A stretch of 64,000 bases of DNA from a virus, in the IMG/VR virus record IMGVR_UViG_3300010413_000014, positions 11,795 to 75,794 of that record; one strand, given 5' to 3'. Every line of letters begins with the position of its first letter. Position 1 is the stretch's first letter. Below, one piece after another: positions 19,412 through 29,749 of this stretch. The notes below the pieces were generated by a model. That model had not been told where the DNA came from and ran no database searches. It worked only from the letters and a program-made list of their open reading frames with translations. The translations under genes and the position numbers were made by a program.

Positions 19412-20405
19412 GTAGTTGGAATTTTATCAAATTAATAATCAAATCAACAGATCCTTCTTCACCTTTGTAATAAAAGTATGGAGTACTAGTTCCTCGAATC
19501 AAGCTCAATATAGCTGAATCAAGAAGTATAGCTTCATCTTTTGATTGAAGTCGACCTTCTTGCCGGAACTCTTTCTTCCTTTCTAAAAAGATATCGATGC
19601 GATCAGTGAAGGATTCATGAGCAGCGATAACCTGCTTGTGAAAATCCGCATCACCACTCTCATCATAAAGAATCTGGTTTAAGAGTGGCGAATCAGTAAT
19701 GATCACATCCACCTTTCCATCTAAAGTTTGCAACTTTCTCAAGGTCTTTATGAAGAGTGGTCTTTGATTTTGCAATCGAGCAGTATCGCCAGCCCACACA
19801 TAATCTTTAGCGATCTCTGGAGCCATTTCACATATGATGTTTTGCCACTTCAATCTAGCAAAAAGATTAGCCATCATTGTCGATTTGCCTGTTCCAGGTC
19901 CACCATACAAATTCACAAGAAGTGTTCGCTTCTTAGATTGTTTGATTTCCGGTTCAATGAGTTTGATGCGACTTGCATATGATAGATAATCTTTAGCAAG
20001 GAATCCTATCGCTCCAACGATCATGTTAGGATTAGTCTTACAGACAGTTCTACCATACACTGCAAACTTACGTTCATTAATATGAGGGAAAAATTGAAGT
20101 ATAAGACGACCAAAATTATCGGTGTAACATCCCAAATACTCATAATCACCAGCATCATTGATAGTGTAATGAGCACCTTCGATAAGATTTTTGTACTCTT
20201 TCCAATCAGCTTCGATATACTCAGTAAAGTATTGAAGCCAATTAGAACCATTCATCGAAATAAGGTGATCTTGGTAAGACTCACTTTTAATAAAAGTGAT
20301 ACTGTTGTCAGAATCTTGTTTCGATTCATAGATTTTCCCGCTTTTGAAGGCAAGTCTCTCATCCTCCATATAGAGATCCCTGCAGCATAACCATTTCTTT
20401 TTCAT
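19392..20405 (-). CDS. NadR/AAA_28-like P-loop kinase/ATPase (C-terminal domain)
   Basis: VNLYGGPGTGKST, EIAKD, IITDSPLL, GRLQ. Confidence 0.7.
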   Translation of the reverse strand: MKKKWLCCRDLYMEDERLAFKSGKIYESKQDSDNSITFIKSESYQDHLISMNGSNWLQYFTEYIEADWKEYKNLIEGAHYTINDAGDYEYLGCYTDNFGRLILQFFPHINERKFAVYGRTVCKTNPNMIVGAIGFLAKDYLSYASRIKLIEPEIKQSKKRTLLVNLYGGPGTGKSTMMANLFARLKWQNIICEMAPEIAKDYVWAGDTARLQNQRPLFIKTLRKLQTLDGKVDVIITDSPLLNQILYDESGDADFHKQVIAAHESFTDRIDIFLERKKEFRQEGRLQSKDEAILLDSAILSLIRGTSTPYFYYKGEEGSVDLIINLIKFQLREINDQ

Positions 20406-20504
20406 AAGCTCTTTGTTTAAAATGTATCTAAAGATAATTCATCATTTTCAAAAATACAATACCAAACCGATTATTTATTCCAAATTTCATCAATTAAAGA
20501 TAGA

Positions 20505-20690
20505 TTATAAGATGGCGTCGATCTGCTTTGCTTGCAATTCAGTAACCTCACCTGTTCCTTTGCAATATGGACATATAATTGTTATGTAGAGTGCTTTTGT
20601 TGAGTCTGGAGCATGTTTAACTCTACCATCGTTACACATATTAGGACATCTAACCATTTTTGATCCATCTTCAGCTTCTATTATTTTCAT
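20505..20690 (-). CDS. Small DnaJ-type zinc-finger protein
   Basis: CPNMC..G and CPYCKGTG. Confidence 0.55.
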   Translation of the reverse strand: MKIIEAEDGSKMVRCPNMCNDGRVKHAPDSTKALYITIICPYCKGTGEVTELQAKQIDAIL

Positions 20691-20726
20691 ATTCTTATGA
20701 TTAATTGGTAAAAATAGGGTAGGTAA

Positions 20727-20918
20727 TTATTTACCTACCATTCTATTATAAATCTTTACACATTTCTTGCAACAATGTTCTGGATGCTCTTCAAATCTTC
20801 TCTCAAACTCCTCTACTGTCAAAACTAAACCCTTAACGAAAGGATTGGTAACGCAAGCTAATCTCTTCAACTCGATTCCTTGAACCTGAGTATTTGTCTG
20901 TTTTTGTAAGTGTACCAT
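20727..20918 (-). CDS. Hypothetical early protein (Cys-rich)
   Basis: Follows the promoter at 20944; CCKKC. Confidence 0.55.
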   Translation of the reverse strand: MVHLQKQTNTQVQGIELKRLACVTNPFVKGLVLTVEEFERRFEEHPEHCCKKCVKIYNRMVGK

Positions 20919-21048
20919 TGTGTTTCTGTTTTATTATTATGTTCTAAAGATACAATCAAAAGTAGACCTAGACAACAGTTTGATGAAAATAATAACAAAA
21001 ACCCCTCATTAAATTAATAATGAGGGGTTGAACTAGAGCAATAGTTTA

Positions 21049-22287
21049 TTAAATCACAATCTCAAGCACCTTATAACCCTGGTGCAATTTACTGGCAGAT
21101 TTAGCGTTATACTCAGCTAATGTACTCTGAATAGGATAACCAGGATAATCATCAACTTGATCTAATTCTACACGGATGTTATTGATATCTCCATCAGCAT
21201 CGATCAGATGAATATTTTGAGAGGCTTTGGTAATCAAATTCAAACCAAGGTCCGAATATGTATTGTTTCCCACCAAAGATCCACCTCTCGCATAAAGATC
21301 AGTAATGTTAGCAAAATGAATATGACCAAAAATCACATAATGAATGTCAATTCCTTTTGCTACATACTTACCGATCACCTGTTGAATTGCTTTTTGAGAA
21401 TCAGCTCCGAGCGTTGTTCCATGTATTGCAAGGATGTTTCGACCATTCAAGCTAACGATCATCTCAGAAGGATTACCAACAAGAAACTCAACGTGAGAGT
21501 TGCGATAAATTCGTCTCAAGATATTGAAGATGATTGAATCATAATTATCAGTTACAACTAGATCAGTAAAACCAAATTCATCAACCCTTGATTCATTACC
21601 AGTGACATACATCACTTTCACATTAGGAAAGTCTGCAGCAAAATCATTAATAAAGTATTCAATCAATTGAACAGCTATCATTGTTGCAGACATCCTATTG
21701 GTTGCCATATTCAGCTTTTCATCTAATCTGCGATCAGAATTGATCATATCGCCTGTCATAGCAATAATCACTGTTTCAACTCCACCTGCTTTCAGGTACA
21801 TCTTAGATTTAGCTGCAAACTTTTGCATCCTTTTTGAAGCTATATCGAAATCATATCGATTATTCTTCAAATCAACCAATTCATTAAAATGAGTATCAGT
21901 CAATTGAATAATAGCGGCATTTCCAACGATATTAACATGAGGACTAATTACTCTTGGAATATCCAAATTAACTTCATCCAATTTGCTCAATACAGCTTCA
22001 TTCAAAGCAATTAATGCATTCTCAACTCTTGCATATTCACGAAAAGCCTTTCTCTCAATGCGATTCGCATCTTGAAACCGTTGTTTCTGCTTTGCAAGTC
22101 TTACGCTTTCGATTACAAGCTCCTGATCTCGATCCAACAGAACATCCAAACTCTCATAAAGATCTTTGTAAGATCGAGCAAGATTATTGGAAACTTGCAA
22201 TAAATCTTCAATAAATGGAATTGTGATAGCTTTCTCTTTTCCGTGTTCGATCAACAGATCAAGCTTCTCTCTACTTAACTTTGCCAT
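21049..22287 (-). CDS. Calcineurin-like metallophosphoesterase with N-terminal coiled coil
   Basis: TDTH, GDMIN, GNE, IHG, GHIH. Confidence 0.8.
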   Translation of the reverse strand: MAKLSREKLDLLIEHGKEKAITIPFIEDLLQVSNNLARSYKDLYESLDVLLDRDQELVIESVRLAKQKQRFQDANRIERKAFREYARVENALIALNEAVLSKLDEVNLDIPRVISPHVNIVGNAAIIQLTDTHFNELVDLKNNRYDFDIASKRMQKFAAKSKMYLKAGGVETVIIAMTGDMINSDRRLDEKLNMATNRMSATMIAVQLIEYFINDFAADFPNVKVMYVTGNESRVDEFGFTDLVVTDNYDSIIFNILRRIYRNSHVEFLVGNPSEMIVSLNGRNILAIHGTTLGADSQKAIQQVIGKYVAKGIDIHYVIFGHIHFANITDLYARGGSLVGNNTYSDLGLNLITKASQNIHLIDADGDINNIRVELDQVDDYPGYPIQSTLAEYNAKSASKLHQGYKVLEIVI

Positions 22288-22314
22288 TAAAAATATTTGA
22301 AATAAACCACCCTA

Positions 22315-22890
22315 TTAAGGGATCGCTCTATATATATGTTGTTTATAGTATTCTAGAAACTCTTCGTTCAATTGACTCCAATATTCATACTTCTCATAAG
22401 TAGCTTTCCAACGAAATGCTACAAAGATAGAGCGTTCCTTATTCCTCTCAAAGAGATCATCTAAAGATCGTCCAGCTACATGAAGGCCTATTGATTTGAA
22501 ATTTTTATTAAATTTCTTCAAACACTTCTTTTCAGTTAAAAATTTTACAAGTAAATTCTCCGGTTTCTTTATGAGATGTCCATCAGACGTAGCTCCAAGT
22601 TTTCGTTCGATCCACATTGAAATCTTAACACCATAAATCGATCCACTTACACTACCTACACCATATGGAATCATCAACCAATAATCCATATCAGCTAAAA
22701 CGAGCTGTCGAAAAGTAAGAAACCAAATCATATTCGAAAAACTGGCTGCAATCAGATGATAACTGATATTGTCGCGATTTCGACTCCTTGATACGATCGA
22801 AAAGGAAACATTTTGAATAAATGCTAATAATAGCACTGTCATCACACTTGCGGCAAATATGCCGATTAAACTGCTTAAAAGATTTGTCAT
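22315..22890 (-). CDS. Membrane protein
   Basis: Three hydrophobic segments in the N-half. Confidence 0.6.
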   Translation of the reverse strand: MTNLLSSLIGIFAASVMTVLLLAFIQNVSFSIVSRSRNRDNISYHLIAASFSNMIWFLTFRQLVLADMDYWLMIPYGVGSVSGSIYGVKISMWIERKLGATSDGHLIKKPENLLVKFLTEKKCLKKFNKNFKSIGLHVAGRSLDDLFERNKERSIFVAFRWKATYEKYEYWSQLNEEFLEYYKQHIYRAIP

Positions 22891-22892
22891 AG

Positions 22893-23426
22893 TTACTGAA
22901 TTTTAATTCCTTGTTTTGATAGTTTGGACTCAATCTCAGCTAAAAATTCCTCAGCTTCTTCAATCGCACCCTCCTGATCACGAATAGCGAGCTTCAAATC
23001 ATCGATACGGGTCGAGTAGGTACCAATGATATTGCGCGAATTTTCAATGCCACCTTGAGTTGCTTTATAGATTTCAACCAGATCAGCAATCTCAAGAGCA
23101 GTTAGAGCCTTAGAGACTGGCGTTTCAGTTGAAGTATCCTTATTAATTGGAAAAAGGATCTCTATATGATTGCATCCAAAACATTTAAGATCATAAGAAT
23201 CACTCTACAATGCCCAAGAATAGGAAAATCCTTGATAATCACCATCAAATTCACTAATTCCTTTGGCGTGTGGGTGATCAGTTAAGAGAAAATATGCACC
23301 TTTCAATTGGCTAATAAAACTTCTCTCGTCACCAAAAGCAATTATTCCCTCCATCACTATTTCACCATCTCTCACACGACACTGTCGTCCGATATGATCC
23401 TGTGTGATCTCAAAGCATCTCTCCAT
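22893..23426 (-). pseudogene. Hypothetical gene interrupted by an in-frame TAG
   Basis: The 73-aa ORF ends at TAG 23205-23207; the same frame continues for 103 codons without an ATG to TAA 22893, just before the next start. Confidence 0.6.
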
Positions 23427-23638
23427 TCACCAACAACTACATATGCGCCAGGGCACGAGGTACGAAAGTATCCTTCAGAATCTTTAAATAGAATATATCC
23501 ATCCTCATTTTCCTTGATAACATCAAATTGACGCCCGAGGAGTCCTCCATTAGGATATCGGCACTCAGCTGTAACATATCCTACCTCCGCAAATTTATCA
23601 GAAGTCCATTGGGACTTTACAATCTCAACTCTTTTCAT
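23372..23638 (-). CDS. Hypothetical protein
   Basis: Likely start MKRVEIV at 23638. Confidence 0.5.
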   Translation of the reverse strand: MKRVEIVKSQWTSDKFAEVGYVTAECRYPNGGLLGRQFDVIKENEDGYILFKDSEGYFRTSCPGAYVVVGEWRDALRSHRIISDDSVV

Positions 23639-23654
23639 GTTTTTAAGTTTTAGT

Positions 23655-24095
23655 TTAATAATGCTTATTATTTTTCTTAGATCTCGATCCACCCGATTCA
23701 CACTTAGGACAAAAGAATCCTTCCCAAGATCCATGATCCTTAATTCTAAGTTGACCTCCACAACAACAAATATCACGATCAATTTTTGTTTTATGTTTTC
23801 TTTGATTTTGTGGTTTTGGATTCTCCTTTCGGCATTGTTCTCTACCTAATCGAACATATCCTGTAGTTTTTTCTGCTGCAGATTTCAGAAGTTTTAATTC
23901 ATCGACTGTTAGTTCAATTGTATTACTTTGATGATTAGCGCACTTCCAAATGATCTCAGCTTCTTCATCTGAAACTTTATTCATATGCCACTTTGTAATT
24001 GTAGCGCAACCTCCTCTTGGAGATGTAATCATTATACAAGCGCTCTCCAATCCCCACATCCATCTATCATCTATAATGCATTTATATGTTTTCAT
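23655..24095 (-). CDS. Hypothetical protein with C-terminal zinc ribbon
   Basis: Likely start MKTYKC after promoter 24122; CCCGG...CPKC. Confidence 0.55.
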   Translation of the reverse strand: MKTYKCIIDDRWMWGLESACIMITSPRGGCATITKWHMNKVSDEEAEIIWKCANHQSNTIELTVDELKLLKSAAEKTTGYVRLGREQCRKENPKPQNQRKHKTKIDRDICCCGGQLRIKDHGSWEGFFCPKCESGGSRSKKNNKHY

Positions 24096-24209
24096 AGCTT
24101 TGTGTTTTAAATTTTCAATACCTAAAGATACGCATTTAAAATAAAACGCCAACTATTTTAAAGAAAAAATCCCTATCAAATTAATGATAGGGATTAAGCT
24201 GTTATTTGA

Positions 24210-24632
24210 TCACCTTACCTTCCACTTACCAAACATCCATCCAAATGCTCGAACTGCAAAATAATACACCTTAGACCAATAAAAATCTTCTTCTTTCAAC
24301 ATCTCGTAAAAGAGTTTATCAGCCTCTTTTCTCGAGATTGGTACTTCACTCTTATATTGGTAGAGTGCATCATGCACCATTGAAGCATAATAAGTCTTTG
24401 GTTTTCCATGCTTACCAATTGCTCCATCAGGTGTTCCAAAGACCAAATCAAGAAATGTGAATTTTGGTGTACATCCATCCCAGGCATAACCTTTTGGAAT
24501 GATGATTGTGCCTCTTATTGAGATTTCAAGATAATCTGAACAGAAAGATCTTCCACGAAATCTTACTACAAACTTGTAATAATCTTCTTCATTTTTAAAC
24601 TTATACATATCAACCACATTTTGCGTAACCAC
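24210..24632 (-). CDS. DUF1353 family protein
   Basis: IPKGYAWDG, ASMVHDALY, RKEADKLF, YFAVRAFG. Confidence 0.75.
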   Translation of the reverse strand: MVTQNVVDMYKFKNEEDYYKFVVRFRGRSFCSDYLEISIRGTIIIPKGYAWDGCTPKFTFLDLVFGTPDGAIGKHGKPKTYYASMVHDALYQYKSEVPISRKEADKLFYEMLKEEDFYWSKVYYFAVRAFGWMFGKWKVR

Positions 24633-27186
24633 AATCTTTACACTTCAAACAGCCTTCGGTCATCAGAATTGAGCCACCACATTCAGGACATCTCTGTTCT
24701 CCTTCATTCTTCACATATGAATGAATCACCCTTTCGATAACTTTATGAAAGGATGAGATGGTTGCAAACTTCGAGATCACTTCAGCTATATATTTGGGAT
24801 CAATTCTATGGCGAAGCATAGCACTTACACTTCGAGTTTCATTTTGCTCTGTTTCAACCATATGAGAACAAAGGTTCTTAATCGTGTTTGAATCTTTTAG
24901 ACCATCACCGGCTTCAAAGTAATATTCACCAGAACCTCTTTTGATGATTTGCCCCTTCTTGATCCGGTGTGAAATGTGTGTTGCATCATTTTCAGGAACA
25001 GCAAAGATCTCATAAGGCTTACCATCAACAATACCAACGAAGATAATGAAGTTCTCTTTGCGAGCTGATCTAAAAAAGACGTCACACTCAACAACTTTTG
25101 GCCTCTTTAATGCATTGATATATTCAAAGCTTTCTGCATTAGCAACTTTCTTTGATTCAGTTGAAAGTACACCTGCTCGACTTCCATCGCGATAAACAGT
25201 AATTCCTTTGCAGCCACTTCTCCATGCTTCAAAGTACACATCATTTACCATCTTCACATCAACATATGATGGCATATTCACGGTTACTGAGATCGAATGA
25301 TCAACCCATTTCTGAACTGCACCTTGCATCCTTACTTTTTCGATGTAATCTACATCTTGAGCAGTTGCTTGATAGTAAGGTGATGCTTCAAAAATCTCTT
25401 TAACCTTCTCTTTTGAAAGATTCTTTAACTGATACTCCGCAATATGAAAGTCAACTTCTCCTTGGATTGCATACCAATCAATAAATGGACGATGAAATAC
25501 TGGGAATTCAACCCACTTGTCACCCATCTCATCTACAAAATCAACATGATCACCCTCTTCGGCTCGCTTCATACGATAATGATAAGGTGAAAATACTGGC
25601 TCAATACCTGAAGTAGTCTGAGTCATCAAACTGGTGGTTCCTGTTGGAGCAATCGTTAATACACCAATATTTCGACGGCCAGATGCACAATACTCATCAA
25701 TCCACCCTCGTGTCATCAGCTCATTTTGCGTAAACATGCGCATAAGAAAATCGCCCGATTCATTTTCTGGGTCATAAGCAGGAAAGGCACCTCTCTCTTT
25801 AGCAAGTAAGATGCTAGCTTGATAAGCTGAAGTTGCGATTAATTGATGCAGCTTTTCGGAGAATTCAGTAGCTTCAGGAGTTCCGTATCTATATCCCAAA
25901 GCAGCAATCAAATCTGCTTCACCTAAAACTCCTAATCCGGTACGACGACCTTGTTCTGCTGTATGACGTATCTTCTTCCATAAAGCAATCTCAACTTCTC
26001 TGAATTTATTGTTAGCCTCTTTCTTGATACTTGCAAGAATACCATCAATTCGCTCAATCTCAATATCCACGATATCATCCATCAAACGCATGGCTTTAAA
26101 AACATGATCAATCAAAAGCTCATCTTCAAGTAATGCTTCTTTGGTGAATGGTTTATAAATATATGAATAAAGATTGAGTGACAATAAGCGACATGAATCA
26201 TAAGGAGATAATGGGATCTCACCACAAGGATTTGTGCTCACTTCTCTCCACTCTTCTCCATAACCTGATGCAGGTGATTCGCTCAGTATTTTATCCCAAA
26301 ATAGGATACCAGGCTCAGCGGACTTCCAGGCATTATAGACAATTTTATCCCATAGCCTTTTTGCATTGATCTTTTTGAAGTAAGTCTGCACACCATCGAT
26401 CACTTTTCCTGGATACAGTTTATCGAATTCGACCTCATCTTCATCATTACGATCATAGTCTTCAGTAACTTCCCAAATGTCAGCTGTAATTGGAAAGCGC
26501 TGATAGAATGGTTGATTGTGCTCCAAACAGTTCATGAAATCATCAATCACCTTAACTGAAACATTTGCTCCAGTAACTTCACCTTCAGTCATCTTTTTAT
26601 CGATGAATTTTTCAGCATCTGGGTGAATCATTGATATCGAGAGCATCAAAGCACCTCTACGTCCATCTTGTTGAACTTCTCGTGTAGTGGAAGAGAATCG
26701 ATTCATATATAATGGAGCACCGGCATTCGGTCCAAGTGGAGCGCCATTTGCAAATGCACCTGATGGTCGCAAGAAAGAGATGTCTTGACCAACACCCCCT
26801 CGACGTTTCATTAATTGAGCCTGCTCTTCATCTGCTCTCAAGATTCCTCCATAAGAGTCATCGTGACCTCCAATAACAAAACAGTTAGATATGGAGGTAT
26901 TGACAAATGGATTTCCGATTCCAGCCATTGGGCTTCCTTGAGGAATAATGTACCTAAATCCCCTTATTAGCTCAAAAATCTCTGTAGCTGACATCGGATG
27001 ATCATAACGAGCTTCAATCTCTGCAAATTTATGTGCTAATCGAAGATGCATATCATCTGGAGTAAGTTCATAGTACTCTTTTCCATTCTTCAATGCATAT
27101 TTGTCGACGAATACCTTTGCAGCTAGCTCATCACCCTTAAAATACTTCAATGAGGCTTCGTAAGCCTGTTGTTGTGTGTAACTCAT
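24610..27186 (-). CDS. nrdJ: Class II (B12-dependent) ribonucleotide reductase
   Basis: SNCFV, RRGGVG, TNPCGEIPL, IAPTGTTS, SGIEP, KGITVYRDGSR, C-terminal Zn ribbon; no NrdB nearby. Confidence 0.9.
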   Translation of the reverse strand: MSYTQQQAYEASLKYFKGDELAAKVFVDKYALKNGKEYYELTPDDMHLRLAHKFAEIEARYDHPMSATEIFELIRGFRYIIPQGSPMAGIGNPFVNTSISNCFVIGGHDDSYGGILRADEEQAQLMKRRGGVGQDISFLRPSGAFANGAPLGPNAGAPLYMNRFSSTTREVQQDGRRGALMLSISMIHPDAEKFIDKKMTEGEVTGANVSVKVIDDFMNCLEHNQPFYQRFPITADIWEVTEDYDRNDEDEVEFDKLYPGKVIDGVQTYFKKINAKRLWDKIVYNAWKSAEPGILFWDKILSESPASGYGEEWREVSTNPCGEIPLSPYDSCRLLSLNLYSYIYKPFTKEALLEDELLIDHVFKAMRLMDDIVDIEIERIDGILASIKKEANNKFREVEIALWKKIRHTAEQGRRTGLGVLGEADLIAALGYRYGTPEATEFSEKLHQLIATSAYQASILLAKERGAFPAYDPENESGDFLMRMFTQNELMTRGWIDEYCASGRRNIGVLTIAPTGTTSLMTQTTSGIEPVFSPYHYRMKRAEEGDHVDFVDEMGDKWVEFPVFHRPFIDWYAIQGEVDFHIAEYQLKNLSKEKVKEIFEASPYYQATAQDVDYIEKVRMQGAVQKWVDHSISVTVNMPSYVDVKMVNDVYFEAWRSGCKGITVYRDGSRAGVLSTESKKVANAESFEYINALKRPKVVECDVFFRSARKENFIIFVGIVDGKPYEIFAVPENDATHISHRIKKGQIIKRGSGEYYFEAGDGLKDSNTIKNLCSHMVETEQNETRSVSAMLRHRIDPKYIAEVISKFATISSFHKVIERVIHSYVKNEGEQRCPECGGSILMTEGCLKCKDCGYAKCG

Positions 27187-27226
27187 ATAAATTAATTGGT
27201 TTTAAAATTTGATCTAAAGATACAGC

Positions 27227-27811
27227 TTAATTCAAAGAATCCAAATCTTCATGAAGAGTTTGATGTCTTTTGTAATCTGCAAGTCGGTCAGCAATCACAT
27301 TCCCTTTGATAATAGGATCATTCAGCAACTGCTTCTTTTTCTCAGGATCTTTCTCTTTATCGAATTGGTGACCCTTAATATGCTTCATGATGAGGTGGAG
27401 TTGGGATCGGATTCCTAATGCAGATAAAACTTTCTTCCAAAGATCCTGATTTTTAACAGCGCCTGAAGTATTAGTCCAACCATCAAGCTGCCATCGCATC
27501 AATCGATCATCAGTGAAGGCTTTAACTACATACTCTGAATCTGAATAAACAGTTAATTTGATACCTTCTTCTGCTTCACAATACTTATCATCAGGAATCG
27601 CTAAGATCGCATAAAGTAAGGCAGTAATCTCCATCCGACCAGTTTTCGTTAATCGATAACCTTTTGAGAATGCCTTAGCTTCTTCGTTATTTTGAGGAGG
27701 GAAGTAAGTTCCAAATCCACCTCTACCAGCATTTTTTCCACGAACTACAGCACTTCCGTCAGTAAATGCTGTAATGTGTATATAGTTTTCAAAATTTCTC
27801 GGTTTGATCAT
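27227..27811 (-). CDS. rnhA: Ribonuclease HI
   Basis: FTDGS, RMEITA, SDSEY, NQDLW, HIKGH, GNVIADRLA. Confidence 0.92.
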   Translation of the reverse strand: MIKPRNFENYIHITAFTDGSAVVRGKNAGRGGFGTYFPPQNNEEAKAFSKGYRLTKTGRMEITALLYAILAIPDDKYCEAEEGIKLTVYSDSEYVVKAFTDDRLMRWQLDGWTNTSGAVKNQDLWKKVLSALGIRSQLHLIMKHIKGHQFDKEKDPEKKKQLLNDPIIKGNVIADRLADYKRHQTLHEDLDSLN

Positions 27812-28323
27812 GACTTTACTCCAAATACATTCACATAAAAATTGATCATTCGTCCTCTGAATTCAGCTTGCAGTAAACCTGCTTCTACTAACTTTTCAGC
27901 AAGCTCTCGAGCAGCTATTCCTCTTAGATAATTAGAGGTAATATTAAGTGAGGCAAATGATTCTGGAGATGTCATTTGCTCTAATCTCTCTCCAAAGAGA
28001 TGAGTTGGTTCGAATTGCATACCTCTCAGTTCTGGAGCATCTCTTATAAGATCCATTCCTCGAACAGGAAAAGTGATCACATCAAGTTTCTCATTGACAG
28101 CAATACCTTTGATATCTCTCATTAAAGCTTCCTGATTCATGAACTCAATCTTCTCTTGAAATTCGTTACGGAGTTTAGATTCAATCTCATCCTGCGCAGC
28201 TTTAACCTGCTTCGCAGTATGATCTTGAATAGCTTGATTAAGAGCTCTTCTCGTAGCTTTAGGCACAAATATCCACGCGATCAGATTTGCCCAATAACCT
28301 TTAAATTCGATAGTTTTAGTCAT
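27808..28323 (-). CDS. Hypothetical protein
   Basis: 171 aa; follows promoter 28356. Confidence 0.6.
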   Translation of the reverse strand: MTKTIEFKGYWANLIAWIFVPKATRRALNQAIQDHTAKQVKAAQDEIESKLRNEFQEKIEFMNQEALMRDIKGIAVNEKLDVITFPVRGMDLIRDAPELRGMQFEPTHLFGERLEQMTSPESFASLNITSNYLRGIAARELAEKLVEAGLLQAEFRGRMINFYVNVFGVKS

Positions 28324-28407
28324 TGTATTTGTCTTGATATATTAGTTTAATTGTTATAAAGATACGTTGAACCGATATACTCAGCAACAATAAAAGATGA
28401 TTTTATC

Positions 28408-28463
28408 ATCAAATCGTTGTCTATCTTTATCGGAATGGTGATCTTTCTGGGTTAAAGTGACTA
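28408..28463 (+). repeat. 56-bp element A (inverted copy at 30439-30494)
   Basis: 47/56 identity by manual alignment; core CGGAATRGTGAYCTTTCYRGGTT. Confidence 0.8.
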
Positions 28464-28508
28464 TAAATGATCTAAAAATTTTTTTCGATATCTATTGCAT
28501 AATAATAT

Positions 28509-28534
28509 CGGAATGGTGACCTTTCTGGGTTCGA
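28509..28534 (+). repeat. 26-bp element B (inverted copy at 29667-29692)
   Basis: CGGAATGGTGACCTTTCTGGGTTCGA vs CGGAAGGGTAACCTTTCCAGGTTCGA. Confidence 0.75.
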
Positions 28535-28590
28535 TCAACCATTCCGCAAGAGAACAAGAGAGGAGGAGATCTTCTTCTCCTCCTTATTTA

Positions 28591-28925
28591 CTACCAATTA
28601 ATTCCATCTATATGAAGGAGTTTTAAGAGAGCTTCTTCTTTAGTGAAAGCTAAAACAACAGATTTTTCACAATCTGAAGACATAGTAGGTCTTTCGCAAG
28701 AAACATCCAACATAGCATGGATTATTGCTTCATTATCCTCTAATCCCCAGAAAAATCAGCCAATCGAGGATTTTTTTCAGAGATTTCTTCCATCTCTTCT
28801 TCATCACCTCTCGTAAAGATAGCAACGAATTCTAGAAATTCCATACGATTTGTTCGTCCTAAATAAGTGTGCACCTCACCTCTTCCAGCGATTTGCTCAA
28901 CAATGTAAATTACTTGATTTTTCAT
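28591..28925 (-). pseudogene. Cassette gene with apparent frameshift
   Basis: The 61-aa ORF stops at 28740; a shifted frame from the T run near 28751 (FWGLEDNEAII...DGINW) runs to TAG 28591 beside the terminator. Confidence 0.5.
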
Positions 28926-29010
28926 GTTCTTGTTTGTTTGAATTAATAATACCTAAATATCATCACTATATTTCAATCTAACAACAAAAGAGGGAAAATC
29001 CCCCCTTTTT

Positions 29011-29235
29011 TTAACCTTTTGGTTTTTCTCTCTGAATCTCCACCATCATCATAGTGATTGGAATCTCGTCAGCCTCAGTAATGATTTCAAAATTAAAGGA
29101 GTATTCATCAGGCTGATCACTATATCCACCCATACCAATCACTGAGCAAATAGGTTTAGCTAAATTTTCCTCGCTCATTTCGCTCAATTGAGCAAGTACT
29201 TTTTCCAACTCTTGTTTAAAATCGTTTCCTGTCAT
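29011..29235 (-). CDS. Small acidic cassette protein
   Basis: Own promoter (29264) and terminator. Confidence 0.7.
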   Translation of the reverse strand: MTGNDFKQELEKVLAQLSEMSEENLAKPICSVIGMGGYSDQPDEYSFNFEIITEADEIPITMMMVEIQREKPKG

Positions 29236-29333
29236 GTTTTTGCTTGTTTTAAATTAAACATATCTAAAGGTCGACTTTTCTATCGAAGATAGCAACAAAA
29301 GAGGGGAAAAACTTCATTTTCCCCTCTATTTTA

Positions 29334-29531
29334 TTAATTATATAATTCTTCACCTGACACATTGATCACCACATCTTCACCCTCAACAATATCTTCACTC
29401 TGTTGGATTGAAAAATCATAGGAACAACTTCCAGAACCACCTCTTCCACGTTCGATGTAGAATTCGATTCTCACCTTCTTGTCTTGATCAAGCTTTGAAA
29501 GCTCTTCGATCATTTGTCTAACTGTCATCAT
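29334..29531 (-). CDS. Small acidic cassette protein
   Basis: MTV..LIE.L..LDQD start; own promoter (29554) and terminator. Confidence 0.7.
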   Translation of the reverse strand: MMTVRQMIEELSKLDQDKKVRIEFYIERGRGGSGSCSYDFSIQQSEDIVEGEDVVINVSGEELYN

Positions 29532-29749
29532 ATCTCTGTGTTTTAATTACATTATAAAGATCACCACAGTAGACCAATAAAACAATGAAAAAGGGGATTT
29601 TTTCAAATCCCCTCTCTTCTTTATTTGATGAAAAGTTTAAAATATTTTTGGACATAGAAAATCCACTCGAACCTGGAAAGGTTACCCTTCCGGATCAAGT
29701 GGACAACAAAAGAGGAGGAATTTTTGGTCCTCCTCTCTATTTAGATTCA

